A stretch of DNA of 63,196 nt, the filler included, from Candidatus Tectimicrobiota bacterium (lineage in GTDB: Bacteria > JACPSX01), in assembly GCA_016193065.1 (NCBI GenBank). It is 5 parts of 5 records of this genome, joined end to end, with 100 filler letters (N's around TTAATTAATTAA, not from the genome) between each part and the next. Parts side by side here need not be neighbours in the genome. Positions count along the whole stretch, not along the records: positions 14,289 to 39,368 come from JACPSX010000027.1; 4 more parts are not named here. The stretch is one strand, 5' to 3'. The notes under the pieces are model-generated. The model worked only from the letters and a program-made list of their open reading frames with translations, was not told where the DNA came from and made no database searches. Within the stretch, counting starts at the first letter, position 1, and the number at the start of each line of letters is the position of its first letter. Below are positions 20,882-29,900 of the stretch, one piece after another. The translations under genes were made by a program, and so were the position numbers.

Positions 20882-20890
20882 ATCATAGCA
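20882..20890 (-). promoter_or_regulatory. Extended -10 promoter (TGcTATGAT) for the rod RNA
   Basis: Predicted +1 falls on G20875, the first base of the closing stem. Confidence 0.65.
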
Positions 20891-21057
20891 CCGCATTTTC
20901 CATAACCTCCCATATACAAAAGGAGATTTCCAAAATCTATCTTCAAATTAATGCGTTTCCAGAGAATGTCAATAGGCTGGCATTTCGAGCTTGTTGAATT
21001 GATTCTCGGCCATGAGGGTGGTGCTTGCGAGGATTCGAAACCTTCAAATCAGCCTTG

Positions 21058-21151
21058 AAAAGGAGGGGGAGAGGCAGCCACCACGCTTTGTGGCTGCCTC
21101 TCTGTGGAGGTGATGATGGAAGGATGTGTAGGGACTTGCATCCGCTCGGTT
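21058..21151 (-). ncRNA. Candidate sigma54-dependent sRNA with anti-SD seed
   Basis: 5' hairpin GGATG/CATCC, single-stranded CATCATCACCTCC, 13-bp hairpin at 21069-21102, no ORF on this strand within it. Confidence 0.6.
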
Positions 21152-21160
21152 CTTTAAGAT

Positions 21161-21177
21161 ATGCAATCGGTATGCCA
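21161..21177 (-). promoter_or_regulatory. Sigma54 promoter
   Basis: Minus strand TGGCATACCGATTGCAT, near-consensus -24/-12. Confidence 0.8.
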
Positions 21178-21273
21178 AGAAAACCGAATGGAAGGGATGC
21201 TCGTAACTATTTGAGAATTCAGGAGGAAGAAAGGCGACAACAAGCCCCAATCCAGGGAACGACTGTGACAAGG

Positions 21274-21312
21274 TGTCAGAATTACCGACAGGGGGTGTCG
21301 AAAATGTCCGCA
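21274..21312. promoter_or_regulatory. Tandem TGTCR-N7-CSRCA sites, putative activator sites for the 21161 sigma54 promoter
   Basis: TGTCAGAATTACCGACA and TGTCGAAAATGTCCGCA, 22 bp apart. Confidence 0.5.
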
Positions 21313-21350
21313 AAGATTAGGCCCGCCAGCTTACTTCCTTGAAAAAGCTA

Positions 21351-21379
21351 TTGCAGATCGAAGGAAAATCTAGTAAAGT
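21351..21379 (+). promoter_or_regulatory. Sigma70 promoter of pheA operon
   Basis: TTGCAG-17nt-TAAAGT. Confidence 0.55.
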
Positions 21380-21418
21380 CTTGGCTTTCAAATCCATACG
21401 GTAAGGTGGTCCCGGGTT

Positions 21419-22492
21419 TTGGACAATCTCTCCAATTTACGAAAGAAGATCGATGCGCTCGATGACGAGATATTGCGGCTTCTCAACGAGCGTGCCCGCT
21501 TAGTCCTGGAAATTGGCCGGGAAAAAGCCCGCTCATCGAGCGGGCCCCATGTTCCCGAGCGCGAACGGGAAATTCTGGAGCGTCTTACAGCGCAAAACCC
21601 CGGACCGTTCCCCAATGACGGCATCCGCACTCTGTACCGGGAAATCTTTGCCGTAAGTCTGGCTCTTGAAAGCCCGAAAACGGTGGCCTACCTGGGGCCG
21701 GAAGCCACCTTTGCTCATCAAGCCTGCCAGCGCTATTTTGGATCTGGTGCCAGCCTCCTCCCGTTGGAGACAATTCCGGCCATCTTCCGGGAAGTGGAGG
21801 CGGAGAGAGCCACCTGCGGTCTGGTTCCTGTGGAGAACTCGATCGAGGGGATGGTGAGCCACACGCTGGATCTCTTTATGGAATTCGACCTGAAGATCTG
21901 TGGAGAGGTCCTCCTCAAGATTACCCACTACCTGGTTTCTCGGGCAAAAACACCGGGGCAGGTGAGAAAGATCTATTCCCATCCCCAGGCGCTGGCCCAA
22001 TGCCGGCAGTGGATCGAGCACAATTTCCCGCGCGCGGAACTCGCTGAGGTAACAAGCACCGCCCGGGCTGCAGAGCGGGCGCGAGAGGAACAGGGCGCGG
22101 CCGCGATAGCCAGCATCCTTGCGGCTGATCTGTACGGCCTGTCCGTGCTGGCCCGGGGCATCGAAGACAACCCTCACAACTACACCCGCTTCCTGGTGAT
22201 CGGCAGGCAGTCCCCAGCTCCCAGCGGGACCGATAAAACCTCCATCTTGTTTTCCGTCCGGGATAAGCCGGGAGCCCTGTTTGAGGCCCTTGGGCCCTTT
22301 GCGGAGCAGAAAGTCAACCTGACCAAGATTGAGTCCAGACCCTCCAAGAAAAAGCCCTGGGAGTACGTCTTTTTCGTTGATATGGAAGGGCACCTGGAGG
22401 ACAAAGCGGTTCGCCAGGCCATCGCTGCGTTAAGAGAGGACGCAGTGGATCTGCGCGTGCTGGGCTCCTACCCCCGGGGGGAAATGGCATGA
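21419..22492 (+). CDS. pheA: Chorismate mutase/prephenate dehydratase
   Basis: LRKKIDALD, AYLGPEAT, PVENSIEG, SHPQALAQC, NYTRF, LTKIESRP. Confidence 0.96.
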   Translation: MDNLSNLRKKIDALDDEILRLLNERARLVLEIGREKARSSSGPHVPEREREILERLTAQNPGPFPNDGIRTLYREIFAVSLALESPKTVAYLGPEATFAHQACQRYFGSGASLLPLETIPAIFREVEAERATCGLVPVENSIEGMVSHTLDLFMEFDLKICGEVLLKITHYLVSRAKTPGQVRKIYSHPQALAQCRQWIEHNFPRAELAEVTSTARAAERAREEQGAAAIASILAADLYGLSVLARGIEDNPHNYTRFLVIGRQSPAPSGTDKTSILFSVRDKPGALFEALGPFAEQKVNLTKIESRPSKKKPWEYVFFVDMEGHLEDKAVRQAIAALREDAVDLRVLGSYPRGEMA

Positions 22493-23580
22493 CGGACTGG
22501 GTTGCCCCCCATATCAAGAGCCTCCCCTTTTACGTTCCTGGCAAACCGGTCGAGGAACTGGAGGAGGAGTTGGGCATTCAGGAGGCCGTGAAGCTCGCCT
22601 CCAACGAAAATCCTTTGGGACCATCTCCCAGGGCTCTGGCTGCCATGGAAAAGGCCATGTCCCAAGTTCATCGCTATCCCGAAGGGGGAAGCGTCTACTT
22701 GCGGCGCCGCCTGGCCCGGATCCATGGGGTGGACGTGGAGCAGATCCTGGTCGGTAACGGCAGCAACGAGATTCTGGAGCTGATTGCCAAGACCTTCCTG
22801 CGGCCGGGCGAAGAAGGGATTTATGCCGAGCAGGCCTTCGTCGTGTACCCGATGATCGTGCAGTCCCTGGGCGGGGTCAAGGTAGGGGTCCCTCTCCAGG
22901 ATTTTTGCCACGATCTGGAGGCCATGGCGGACCGCATCACCCCGAACACCCGCCTGATCTTCATCGCCAACCCCAATAACCCAACCGGCACTTCCGTCGG
23001 AGCCCGGCAGATGGAGCGTTTCCTGGACCGGGTGCCGCCCCGGGCGCTGGTGGTTTGCGATGAGGCCTATTTTGAGTACGTGGAGCGGCCGGATTTCCCC
23101 CGCAGCCTCGAGTACCTGGCTCAAGGGCACAATCTCTTCGTCCTGCGGACGTTCTCGAAGATCTACGGGTTGGCCGGAATGCGGGTCGGATACCTGGTGG
23201 GGAAGCGGGAGCTGGTCGAATATGTGAACCGGGTTCGGGAGCCGTTCAACGTAAACAGTCTGGCCCAGGCCGCTGCCCTGGGCGCTCTGGAGGATACGGA
23301 ACATGTGGCCCGCACCCTGGATGTGAATTCCCGGGGGAAGAAATTCCTGTACGCGCTGTTTGGAGATCTGGGCCTGCCCTTCGTGCCCACCGAGGCCAAC
23401 TTTGTGCTGGTGCAGGTGGACCGGGAGAAGGAGATCTACGAGAAGCTCCTGCGGGAGGGGGTCATCGTCCGACCCATGAGCGGTTGGGGCCTGCCGGGTT
23501 ATTTGCGGGTATCGATCGGGCTGCCCGCTGAAAACGAGCGGTTCGCCCGCGCCCTGCGCAAGATCTGGAGGGGAGAGTAA
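22489..23580 (+). CDS. hisC: Histidinol-phosphate aminotransferase
   Basis: KLASNENP, ANPNNPTG, DEAY, RTFSKIYGLAGMRVGY. Confidence 0.95.
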   Translation: MTDWVAPHIKSLPFYVPGKPVEELEEELGIQEAVKLASNENPLGPSPRALAAMEKAMSQVHRYPEGGSVYLRRRLARIHGVDVEQILVGNGSNEILELIAKTFLRPGEEGIYAEQAFVVYPMIVQSLGGVKVGVPLQDFCHDLEAMADRITPNTRLIFIANPNNPTGTSVGARQMERFLDRVPPRALVVCDEAYFEYVERPDFPRSLEYLAQGHNLFVLRTFSKIYGLAGMRVGYLVGKRELVEYVNRVREPFNVNSLAQAAALGALEDTEHVARTLDVNSRGKKFLYALFGDLGLPFVPTEANFVLVQVDREKEIYEKLLREGVIVRPMSGWGLPGYLRVSIGLPAENERFARALRKIWRGE

Positions 23581-23582
23581 GG

Positions 23583-24440
23583 ATGGGGCCCCTTTTCCAC
23601 AAAGTATGCATCCTCGGAGTCGGATTGATCGGGGGCTCCCTGGCCATGGCCTGCAAGCGCTACGGTCTAGCGGACGAAGTGGTCGGTGCGGATGAGGATC
23701 ACTCCGTACTGGAGAAGGCTTTCCATCGTGGGGCCATTGATTGCCTCACCTCCAACGCGAAAGTGGCCGTGGAAGGCGCCGGCCTGGTGGTGCTGGCGGT
23801 TCCCGTGGGGGCCATGGCAGCGGCCGCCCGCGCGATGCGGGAAGCGGTGCCGCCGGGGGCCATCGTGACCGATGTGGGAAGTGTGAAAGGGGAGCTGGTG
23901 GGCGTTCTCGAAGAACTCTTTTCTCCCCGTTCTCCTTTCGTCGGGGGGCATCCGCTGGCCGGAGCGGAGACCTCGGGCCTGGAATCCGCCTCGGCGGATT
24001 TGTTTGCAGGGTCCCGCTGCATCTTGACTCCAACCTCGCGGACAGATCCCCGGGCCCTCGACCAGGTGTCCTCCCTGTGGAGGGGAGTGGGTGCCGAGGT
24101 GGTGACCCTGGATCCCAAGGAGCACGACTGGGCCATGGCGGCCGTCAGCCATCTTCCGCACGTAGCGTCTTACGCCTTGGCCAAGGCCGTGTCTACGGTG
24201 GACAGGGGACGTTTGTTCGTCGGGCCCGGGTTTCGGGATTTTAGCCGGCTGGCCTCCAGCCCCGCCGCGCTATGGAGCGACATTTGCCTGAATAACCGGG
24301 ACAGCTTGCTGGCCATGATCGGCCGCTACCAGGAGGCCCTGGAGACGATTCGCATGCTGATTGCCGCCGGGGCGGGCGCCGCCCTGGAAAGGGAGTTTCA
24401 AAAAGCCAGGGAAGTGCGAGAACAGTTGATCCGTTCCTGA
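23583..24440 (+). CDS. tyrA: Prephenate/arogenate dehydrogenase
   Basis: GVGLIGGS, TDVGSVK, GGHPLAG, HD..SHLPH, GFRDFSRLA. Confidence 0.93.
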   Translation: MGPLFHKVCILGVGLIGGSLAMACKRYGLADEVVGADEDHSVLEKAFHRGAIDCLTSNAKVAVEGAGLVVLAVPVGAMAAAARAMREAVPPGAIVTDVGSVKGELVGVLEELFSPRSPFVGGHPLAGAETSGLESASADLFAGSRCILTPTSRTDPRALDQVSSLWRGVGAEVVTLDPKEHDWAMAAVSHLPHVASYALAKAVSTVDRGRLFVGPGFRDFSRLASSPAALWSDICLNNRDSLLAMIGRYQEALETIRMLIAAGAGAALEREFQKAREVREQLIRS

Positions 24441-24449
24441 GGAAATGCG

Positions 24450-25113
24450 GTGGGGACTGGTAAGGAGTTGCTGATTACAATTGACGGCCCGGCGGGGGCG
24501 GGGAAAAGCACGGCGGCGGAACAGTTGGCCGCCACCCTCGGCTACATCCATGTCAGCACGGGGGATATCTATCGAGCCGTCGCCTGGCTTGCCTTGCAAG
24601 CGGCCGTGGATCCGCGGGAAGAGGAAGCGGTCCTGGAGCTGATCCGGCGCTCTGGGCCGGAGTTCCGCCTCGTGCAGGAAAGAGCCCGAATGTTTGCGGC
24701 CGGCGAGGATATCTCTGCCCGCCTGCGCTGCGAGGAGGTCNNNNGTCCGCGAGGCCCTCCTGCCTGCCCAGAGGCGGACCGCGGAGTGGGGGGGCGTGGT
24801 GGTGGACGGCAGAGACGCGGGCACGGTGATCTTTCCCGATGCAGAGATCAAATTTTTCCTTGATGCTTCTCCGCGGGAGAGAGCCAGGAGAAGATACCTG
24901 GAGCTTAAGAACCGCACGCAGGGACTGGATCCATCCCAGGTTTTGGAGGATCTCAACCGGCGGGATCTTCAGGACAGCCGGCGGGCCGCGGCCCCTCTCC
25001 AGATACCCAAAAACGCGGTGGTGGTTGACAGCACGGGGTTGACGCCGGACGAGGTGGTGGCCCGGATGGTGGAGACCGTTTCCGCCTACCGGATGCCGAG
25101 CACCTGCGGGTAA
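24450..25113 (+). CDS. cmk: Cytidylate kinase; frame broken by NNNN assembly gap at 24741-24744
   Basis: IDGPAGAGKST; DGRDAGTVIFPDA and RRDLQDS in the second frame. Confidence 0.92.
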
Positions 25114-25203
25114 AATTTTTCAGGAAGGGGGGAGTTTTCAAACACAGCGAGTTCCGGCACTGATCACAAGTTAAATTTCAATTTCAGGGAGGTTTGTGTC
25201 GCG

Positions 25204-27024
25204 ATGCAAGAAGAGAGTGGGTATCTATCTCATCCTAGGGCGGATGACGCCGTGGAAGCCAAAACGCCGGGCAGTGAGCCAGCGGGGAATACGGGTCCTG
25301 GCGACTCCGGAGAGGAGTCGCTGAGTCAGGAGGAGCTGGAGAAGATTTATGCGGGTAGTTTTGAGAGGATCCGCGAAGGGGAGATTGTCCGGGGCCGGGT
25401 GGTGAGTATTGAAAAGGACATGGTCCTGGTCGATATCGGCTACAAATCCGAGGGCGTCATTCCCATCTGGGAGTTTCCCCGGCACGGACGGGACCTGCGG
25501 GTCGGGGAAGAGGTGGAAGTGTATCTGGAGGAGGCGGAAGACACCGAGGGTCTGGTGGTGCTCTCCAAGGAGAAGGCCAACCGGATCAAGATCTGGGACG
25601 ACATCAGCCGGGCTTACGAGAACAACCGGCCCGTGGAGGGGGAAGTGATTTCCCGGATCAAAGGCGGTCTCACGGTGGATATCGGTCTGAAAGCCTTCCT
25701 GCCGGGCTCCCAGGTGGATTTAAGACCCGTGCGGAATCTGGAAAAGTTGATCGGTCAGAGGCTGCAAATGAAGATAATCAAACTGAACCGCAAGCGGGGC
25801 AATATCGTCTTGTCCAGGCGCGTGCTCCTGGAAGAGGAGCGGATGGAGGCGAAAAAGGAGACTCTGGCCCATCTCCAGGAGGGGCAGATCCTGGAGGGAG
25901 TCGTCAAAAACATCACCGAGTATGGCGCCTTTGTGGATCTGGGGGGAATCGACGGCCTCCTGCACATCACCGACATGTCCTGGGGGCGTGTGAATCACCC
26001 CTCGGACCTCTTCGCGGTGGGCGACCGGATCAAGGTCATCGTGCTGAAGTACGACCGGGAAACCGAACGGGTCTCCCTGGGCTACAAGCAGATCACGCCG
26101 GATCCCTGGAGCAAGGTGGAAGAGAAATATCCCATTGGATCCCGCGTTAAGGGGAAGGTCGTCAGCATCACCGACTACGGGGCCTTCGTGGAGTTGGAGG
26201 AGGGGATTGAAGGGCTGGTCCATATCTCCGAAATGTCCTGGACCCGGAGAGTCCGTCATCCCTCGAAGGTCGTGGCCGTGGGGGATGTGGTGGAGGCTCA
26301 GATCCTCAACGTGAACAAGGAGGAAAAACGGATTTCCCTGGGCATGAAGCAGGTGGAGCCCAATCCCTGGACGACCATCGCGGAGAAGTACCCGGTCGGC
26401 AGCGAGGTGGAAGGAAAAGTCCGCAACTTGACCGACTTCGGGGCCTTCATCTCCCTGGAGGAGGGGATCGATGGCTTGATCCACGTCTCGGATATGTCCT
26501 GGACGCAGAAGGTGAAGCACCCCTCGGAGATACTGAAGAAGGGGCAAAAGCTCAGGGCGGTCGTTCTGAGCATCGACCAGGAAAACGAACGCCTCTCCCT
26601 CGGCATGAAGCAACTCAGCGAAGATCCCTGGAAGGACGTGGCGCAGCGCTACCGGGTGGGGCAAGACATCCGGGTGCGCGTCGTCAAGGTCACAAACTTC
26701 GGCGCGTTTGCCGAGCTGGAGCCCGGCATTGAGGGGCTCGTGCACGTCTCCGAACTGGGCCGGGGGGAGATCGACAATCCGGAAAAGGTCGTCAAGCAGG
26801 GAGACGAACTCGACGTAAAAGTCATCAAGATGGACGTGGAATCGCGCAAGATCGGCCTGAGCGTCCGGGCGCGTTTGGACGATCAAGACAAGGCCGATAT
26901 TGCCCGCTACGGTCAAGATGTTGGAGGAGAGTCCACGATTGCTGATCTGCTCTCCCAGCAATCCCGCCGGAGGCGGCGTAAGGAGAGGGATTCCGAATAC
27001 AACGGGGATGCCGATTCGGACTAG
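25204..27024 (+). CDS. rpsA: 30S ribosomal protein S1
   Basis: Repeated S1 domains (GAFVDLGGIDGLLH, GIEGLVHISE). Confidence 0.97.
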   Translation: MQEESGYLSHPRADDAVEAKTPGSEPAGNTGPGDSGEESLSQEELEKIYAGSFERIREGEIVRGRVVSIEKDMVLVDIGYKSEGVIPIWEFPRHGRDLRVGEEVEVYLEEAEDTEGLVVLSKEKANRIKIWDDISRAYENNRPVEGEVISRIKGGLTVDIGLKAFLPGSQVDLRPVRNLEKLIGQRLQMKIIKLNRKRGNIVLSRRVLLEEERMEAKKETLAHLQEGQILEGVVKNITEYGAFVDLGGIDGLLHITDMSWGRVNHPSDLFAVGDRIKVIVLKYDRETERVSLGYKQITPDPWSKVEEKYPIGSRVKGKVVSITDYGAFVELEEGIEGLVHISEMSWTRRVRHPSKVVAVGDVVEAQILNVNKEEKRISLGMKQVEPNPWTTIAEKYPVGSEVEGKVRNLTDFGAFISLEEGIDGLIHVSDMSWTQKVKHPSEILKKGQKLRAVVLSIDQENERLSLGMKQLSEDPWKDVAQRYRVGQDIRVRVVKVTNFGAFAELEPGIEGLVHVSELGRGEIDNPEKVVKQGDELDVKVIKMDVESRKIGLSVRARLDDQDKADIARYGQDVGGESTIADLLSQQSRRRRRKERDSEYNGDADSD

Positions 27025-27150
27025 GGGGCTGCTGAAAAATGCCTTTCATGCTTCGACAAGTCTCAGCATGAACGGGTAGGTATCGGTGATACGAGGCCTC
27101 TGCCGTTCGCAGCGTGTCGAAGGACGGGCGGTCGATTTTCTGCAGCCTGT
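27025..27150. mobile_element. MITE-like hairpin element
   Basis: Terminal IRs GGCTGCTGAAAA / TTTTCTGCAGCC next to the CTAG of the rpsA stop; nested CTTCGACA/TGTCGAAG and GAACGG/CCGTTC. Confidence 0.65.
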
Positions 27151-27196
27151 TGAGACTGACCGTGGGGTTGGGTCCTTATAAGTGGGGAAAGCGCCA

Positions 27197-28096
27197 ATGA
27201 AGAAGCAGAATATTGTGACCGGTTTCATCCTCTTGGGGGTGCTTGTCCTCCTGTTCTTCCTGTTTGTGGCGGGCATTAACTACTTTTCCGGAGGGATGGA
27301 GGGCGTTGCCGCGGGAGGAGACAAGATTGCCATTGTAAGCGTCCGGGGGACGATCCTGGATGCCGAGGACACGGTCGAACAACTCAAGAAATACGGGGAA
27401 GACGCCACGATCAAAGGGATCATCCTCAGAGTGGACAGCCCGGGCGGCGCCGTGGGCCCTTCCCAGGAGATTTATACCCAGGTTCTCAAGACCCGGATGA
27501 GCGGCAAGAAGGTCGTGGCTTCCCTGGGCAGCGTGGCGGCCTCGGGAGGTTATTATGTGGCCGCCGCCACCGACCGGATCATCGCCAACCCGGGAACCCT
27601 GACGGGGAGCATTGGGGTGATTTTCCAGTTTGCCAACCTGGAAGAGCTCATGAAGAAGATCGGGTTGAAGACCGTGGTCATCAAGAGCGGGCAGTACAAG
27701 GATGTGGGTTCCCCCATGAGACCTCTGCGAGAAGACGAGCGCCGGCTTTTGCAGGGGGTTATCGACGATGTCTACGAGCAGTTCGTGCAGGCAGTCGCCA
27801 AGGGGCGCAAGCTCCCCATCGAGAAGGTGAAGGAAGTCGCCGACGGCCGGATCTTCACGGGCAGGCAGGCCAAAGAGTTGGGACTCGTAGACAAGCTGGG
27901 AAGTTTGCAGGATGCCGTCGAGGAGACGGCCCGTCTGGCCGGCATTTCCGGCAAGCCCCGGATCGTTCGGGAGCGCGAGGATCGGAGCTGGATTTTCCGC
28001 CTCCTGGGAGGAGTGCTGGGGAATGAGGGCTGGGTGCGTGACGTTGCCGGAGTCGGGGGAACTTCCGGATTGCAATACCTGTGGCGGTTTCCCTAG
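27197..28096 (+). CDS. sppA: Signal peptide peptidase SppA (S49)
   Basis: RVDSPGG, AASGGYY, TGSIGV, DGRIFTG. Confidence 0.95.
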   Translation: MKKQNIVTGFILLGVLVLLFFLFVAGINYFSGGMEGVAAGGDKIAIVSVRGTILDAEDTVEQLKKYGEDATIKGIILRVDSPGGAVGPSQEIYTQVLKTRMSGKKVVASLGSVAASGGYYVAAATDRIIANPGTLTGSIGVIFQFANLEELMKKIGLKTVVIKSGQYKDVGSPMRPLREDERRLLQGVIDDVYEQFVQAVAKGRKLPIEKVKEVADGRIFTGRQAKELGLVDKLGSLQDAVEETARLAGISGKPRIVREREDRSWIFRLLGGVLGNEGWVRDVAGVGGTSGLQYLWRFP

Positions 28097-28118
28097 GAAC
28101 AACCGGAGGTGGAAGGGG

Positions 28119-28394
28119 ATGACTAAGGCGGATCTGGTGGAGAGGGTTTCCGAGCGGATTACCCTTAACAAGAAACAGACGGAAGTCTTGGTGGACACGG
28201 TCTTCGGTACGATTACAAAGGCCCTTGCCAAGGGGGACAAGGTGGAACTGCGGGGGTTCGGCAGCTTTCGAGTCCGCACCAGGGATCCTCGAGAGGGCCG
28301 CAACCCGAAGACCGGGACTCCCGTGCGGATTCCCGCCAAGAGGGTCCCCTTCTTCAAGGCGGGCAAGGAACTGCGCGACATCGTTGATCGCTGA
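28119..28394 (+). CDS. ihfB: IHF-beta/HU family DNA-binding protein
   Basis: MTKADLVE, VELRGFGSF, GRNPKTG, PFFKAGKELR; rpsA-sppA-ihfB synteny. Confidence 0.9.
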   Translation: MTKADLVERVSERITLNKKQTEVLVDTVFGTITKALAKGDKVELRGFGSFRVRTRDPREGRNPKTGTPVRIPAKRVPFFKAGKELRDIVDR

Positions 28395-29310
28395 TCGCCG
28401 CTCTTCACCTTCCTCGCGACTGATCGTCCTGGTGGGTCCCACGGCCGTAGGCAAGTCTTCTCTGGCCCTGCGATTGGCCGCCGATCTCCGGGCCGAAATC
28501 GTCAGCGCGGATTCCCGTCACATCTACATGGGAATGGACGTCGGCACGGCGAAGCCGACCCCCGAGGATCGCCTTGCGGTCCCCCACCACATGGTCGATT
28601 TGATATCCCCGGACCAAACCTATAGTGCCGCCCGGTACGGCCGCCAGGCCGGGGCGATCGTGGACCGCCTTCTTGCGGGGGGTAAAGTGGCACTCGTGGT
28701 GGGGGGAAGCGGGCTTTACATTAAAGCCCTGCTGCGGGGCTTGTTCCCGGGTCCGGTGGCGGATCCGGCCCTGCGGGAAAGCCTGCGAGGAAAAAAGCCG
28801 GAGGAGCTGCGACGCGAGCTGGAAAGGTTGGATCCCGAGGCGGCCGGACGGATCCATCCCAGAGACATGGTGCGGACCGTTCGCGCTCTGGAGGTCTACT
28901 ACTTGACCGGGAAGCCCATCTCGACCCTGCAGTCCCGCCATGCCTTCCCCAACCGGTATCCCGATGCGGTGCTCATCGGTCTCACCCGGGAGAGGGCCGA
29001 TCTGTACCGCCGGATCGAAGAGCGGGTCGATGCCATGATCCGGCAGGGCCTGTCCGAGGAAGTGGCAAGCCTGGTGAAGGCGGGCTATTCTCTGGATCTT
29101 CCCTCCATGCAGACCCTCGGATACCGTCATCTGGGGCGGGTGCTTCGGGGGGAATGGAGCATGGCCGAAGCGGTGCAACGCTTGAAGAAGGATACGAAAG
29201 CCTTTGCGAAGCGCCAACTCACCTGGTTCCGGGCTATGGAGGGCGTTCGTTGGTTTGATCTGAGCAGCAGCGGCGAGGAGGAAGTGCTGAAGGCCCTTGT
29301 GACGCTGTGA
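28384..29310 (+). CDS. miaA: tRNA dimethylallyltransferase
   Basis: GPTAVGKS, SADSR, GTAKP, VGGSGLY, AKRQLTWF; start approximate. Confidence 0.95.
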   Translation: MIADRRSSPSSRLIVLVGPTAVGKSSLALRLAADLRAEIVSADSRHIYMGMDVGTAKPTPEDRLAVPHHMVDLISPDQTYSAARYGRQAGAIVDRLLAGGKVALVVGGSGLYIKALLRGLFPGPVADPALRESLRGKKPEELRRELERLDPEAAGRIHPRDMVRTVRALEVYYLTGKPISTLQSRHAFPNRYPDAVLIGLTRERADLYRRIEERVDAMIRQGLSEEVASLVKAGYSLDLPSMQTLGYRHLGRVLRGEWSMAEAVQRLKKDTKAFAKRQLTWFRAMEGVRWFDLSSSGEEEVLKALVTL

Positions 29311-29345
29311 AGTTTTTGATAGGCTTGTTGCAAGAAAGATAGAAG

Positions 29346-29900
29346 ATGGAAACGGCGCGCAAGAAAAATGTAATCTTAATGGGATTTAAGGGGTGCGGTA
29401 AGACCACTGTGGGGGGGCCGCTGGCCGACGCACTCGGTGTGCCCTTTGTGGATACGGATCGCCTCATCGAAAAGATTTACGAGGAGAAAGAAGGCCCCTC
29501 CCTGACCTGCCGCGAGATTTTCCAGAAGCGCGGGGAGACCTTCTTCCGGGACCTGGAGCGCGAGGCCCTGGAGAAAGTCTGTAACTTAGGAGAAGCCGTG
29601 ATCGCCTTGGGCGGTGGAGCCATCGAACACCCGGAACTTTTGGCCCGGCTCAAGCAGAACGGCCTGTTGGTATACCTGCAGGTAAGCTCCGAGGAACTCT
29701 TCCGGCGTATCGAGAGCCAGGGACTGCCTCCCTTTTTGTCGCCGGAAGACCCGCGGAGGGCCTTTGAAGAGCTGCTGCAAAAGCGCTCCTCCCTCTATGA
29801 AGAATGGGCAGATGCGGAAGTTTCCAATGGCGGGGGGCCCGTTTCCGAGGTAGTGTCCAAGATTGCGGCGCTTGTTGGGGGGAAATATGCCAGGAAGTAG
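29346..29900 (+). CDS. aroK: Shikimate kinase
   Basis: [23 protein letters not shown]. Confidence 0.93.
   Translation: METARKKNVILMGFKGCGKTTVGGPLADALGVPFVDTDRLIEKIYEEKEGPSLTCREIFQKRGETFFRDLEREALEKVCNLGEAVIALGGGAIEHPELLARLKQNGLLVYLQVSSEELFRRIESQGLPPFLSPEDPRRAFEELLQKRSSLYEEWADAEVSNGGGPVSEVVSKIAALVGGKYARK

Noticed and set aside
20705-20896. 63-aa ORF with a GGAGG upstream
   Set aside because: No recognisable protein features, and it overlaps an extensively base-paired RNA with a matching promoter and terminator; not fully excluded.
20900-20930. CCTCCC..AAAGGAG resembling the 3' end of a Moco riboswitch
   Set aside because: Upstream conserved elements are missing and no downstream gene fits.
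24741-24744. cmk as a frameshifted pseudogene
   Set aside because: The break coincides with an NNNN gap of unknown size.
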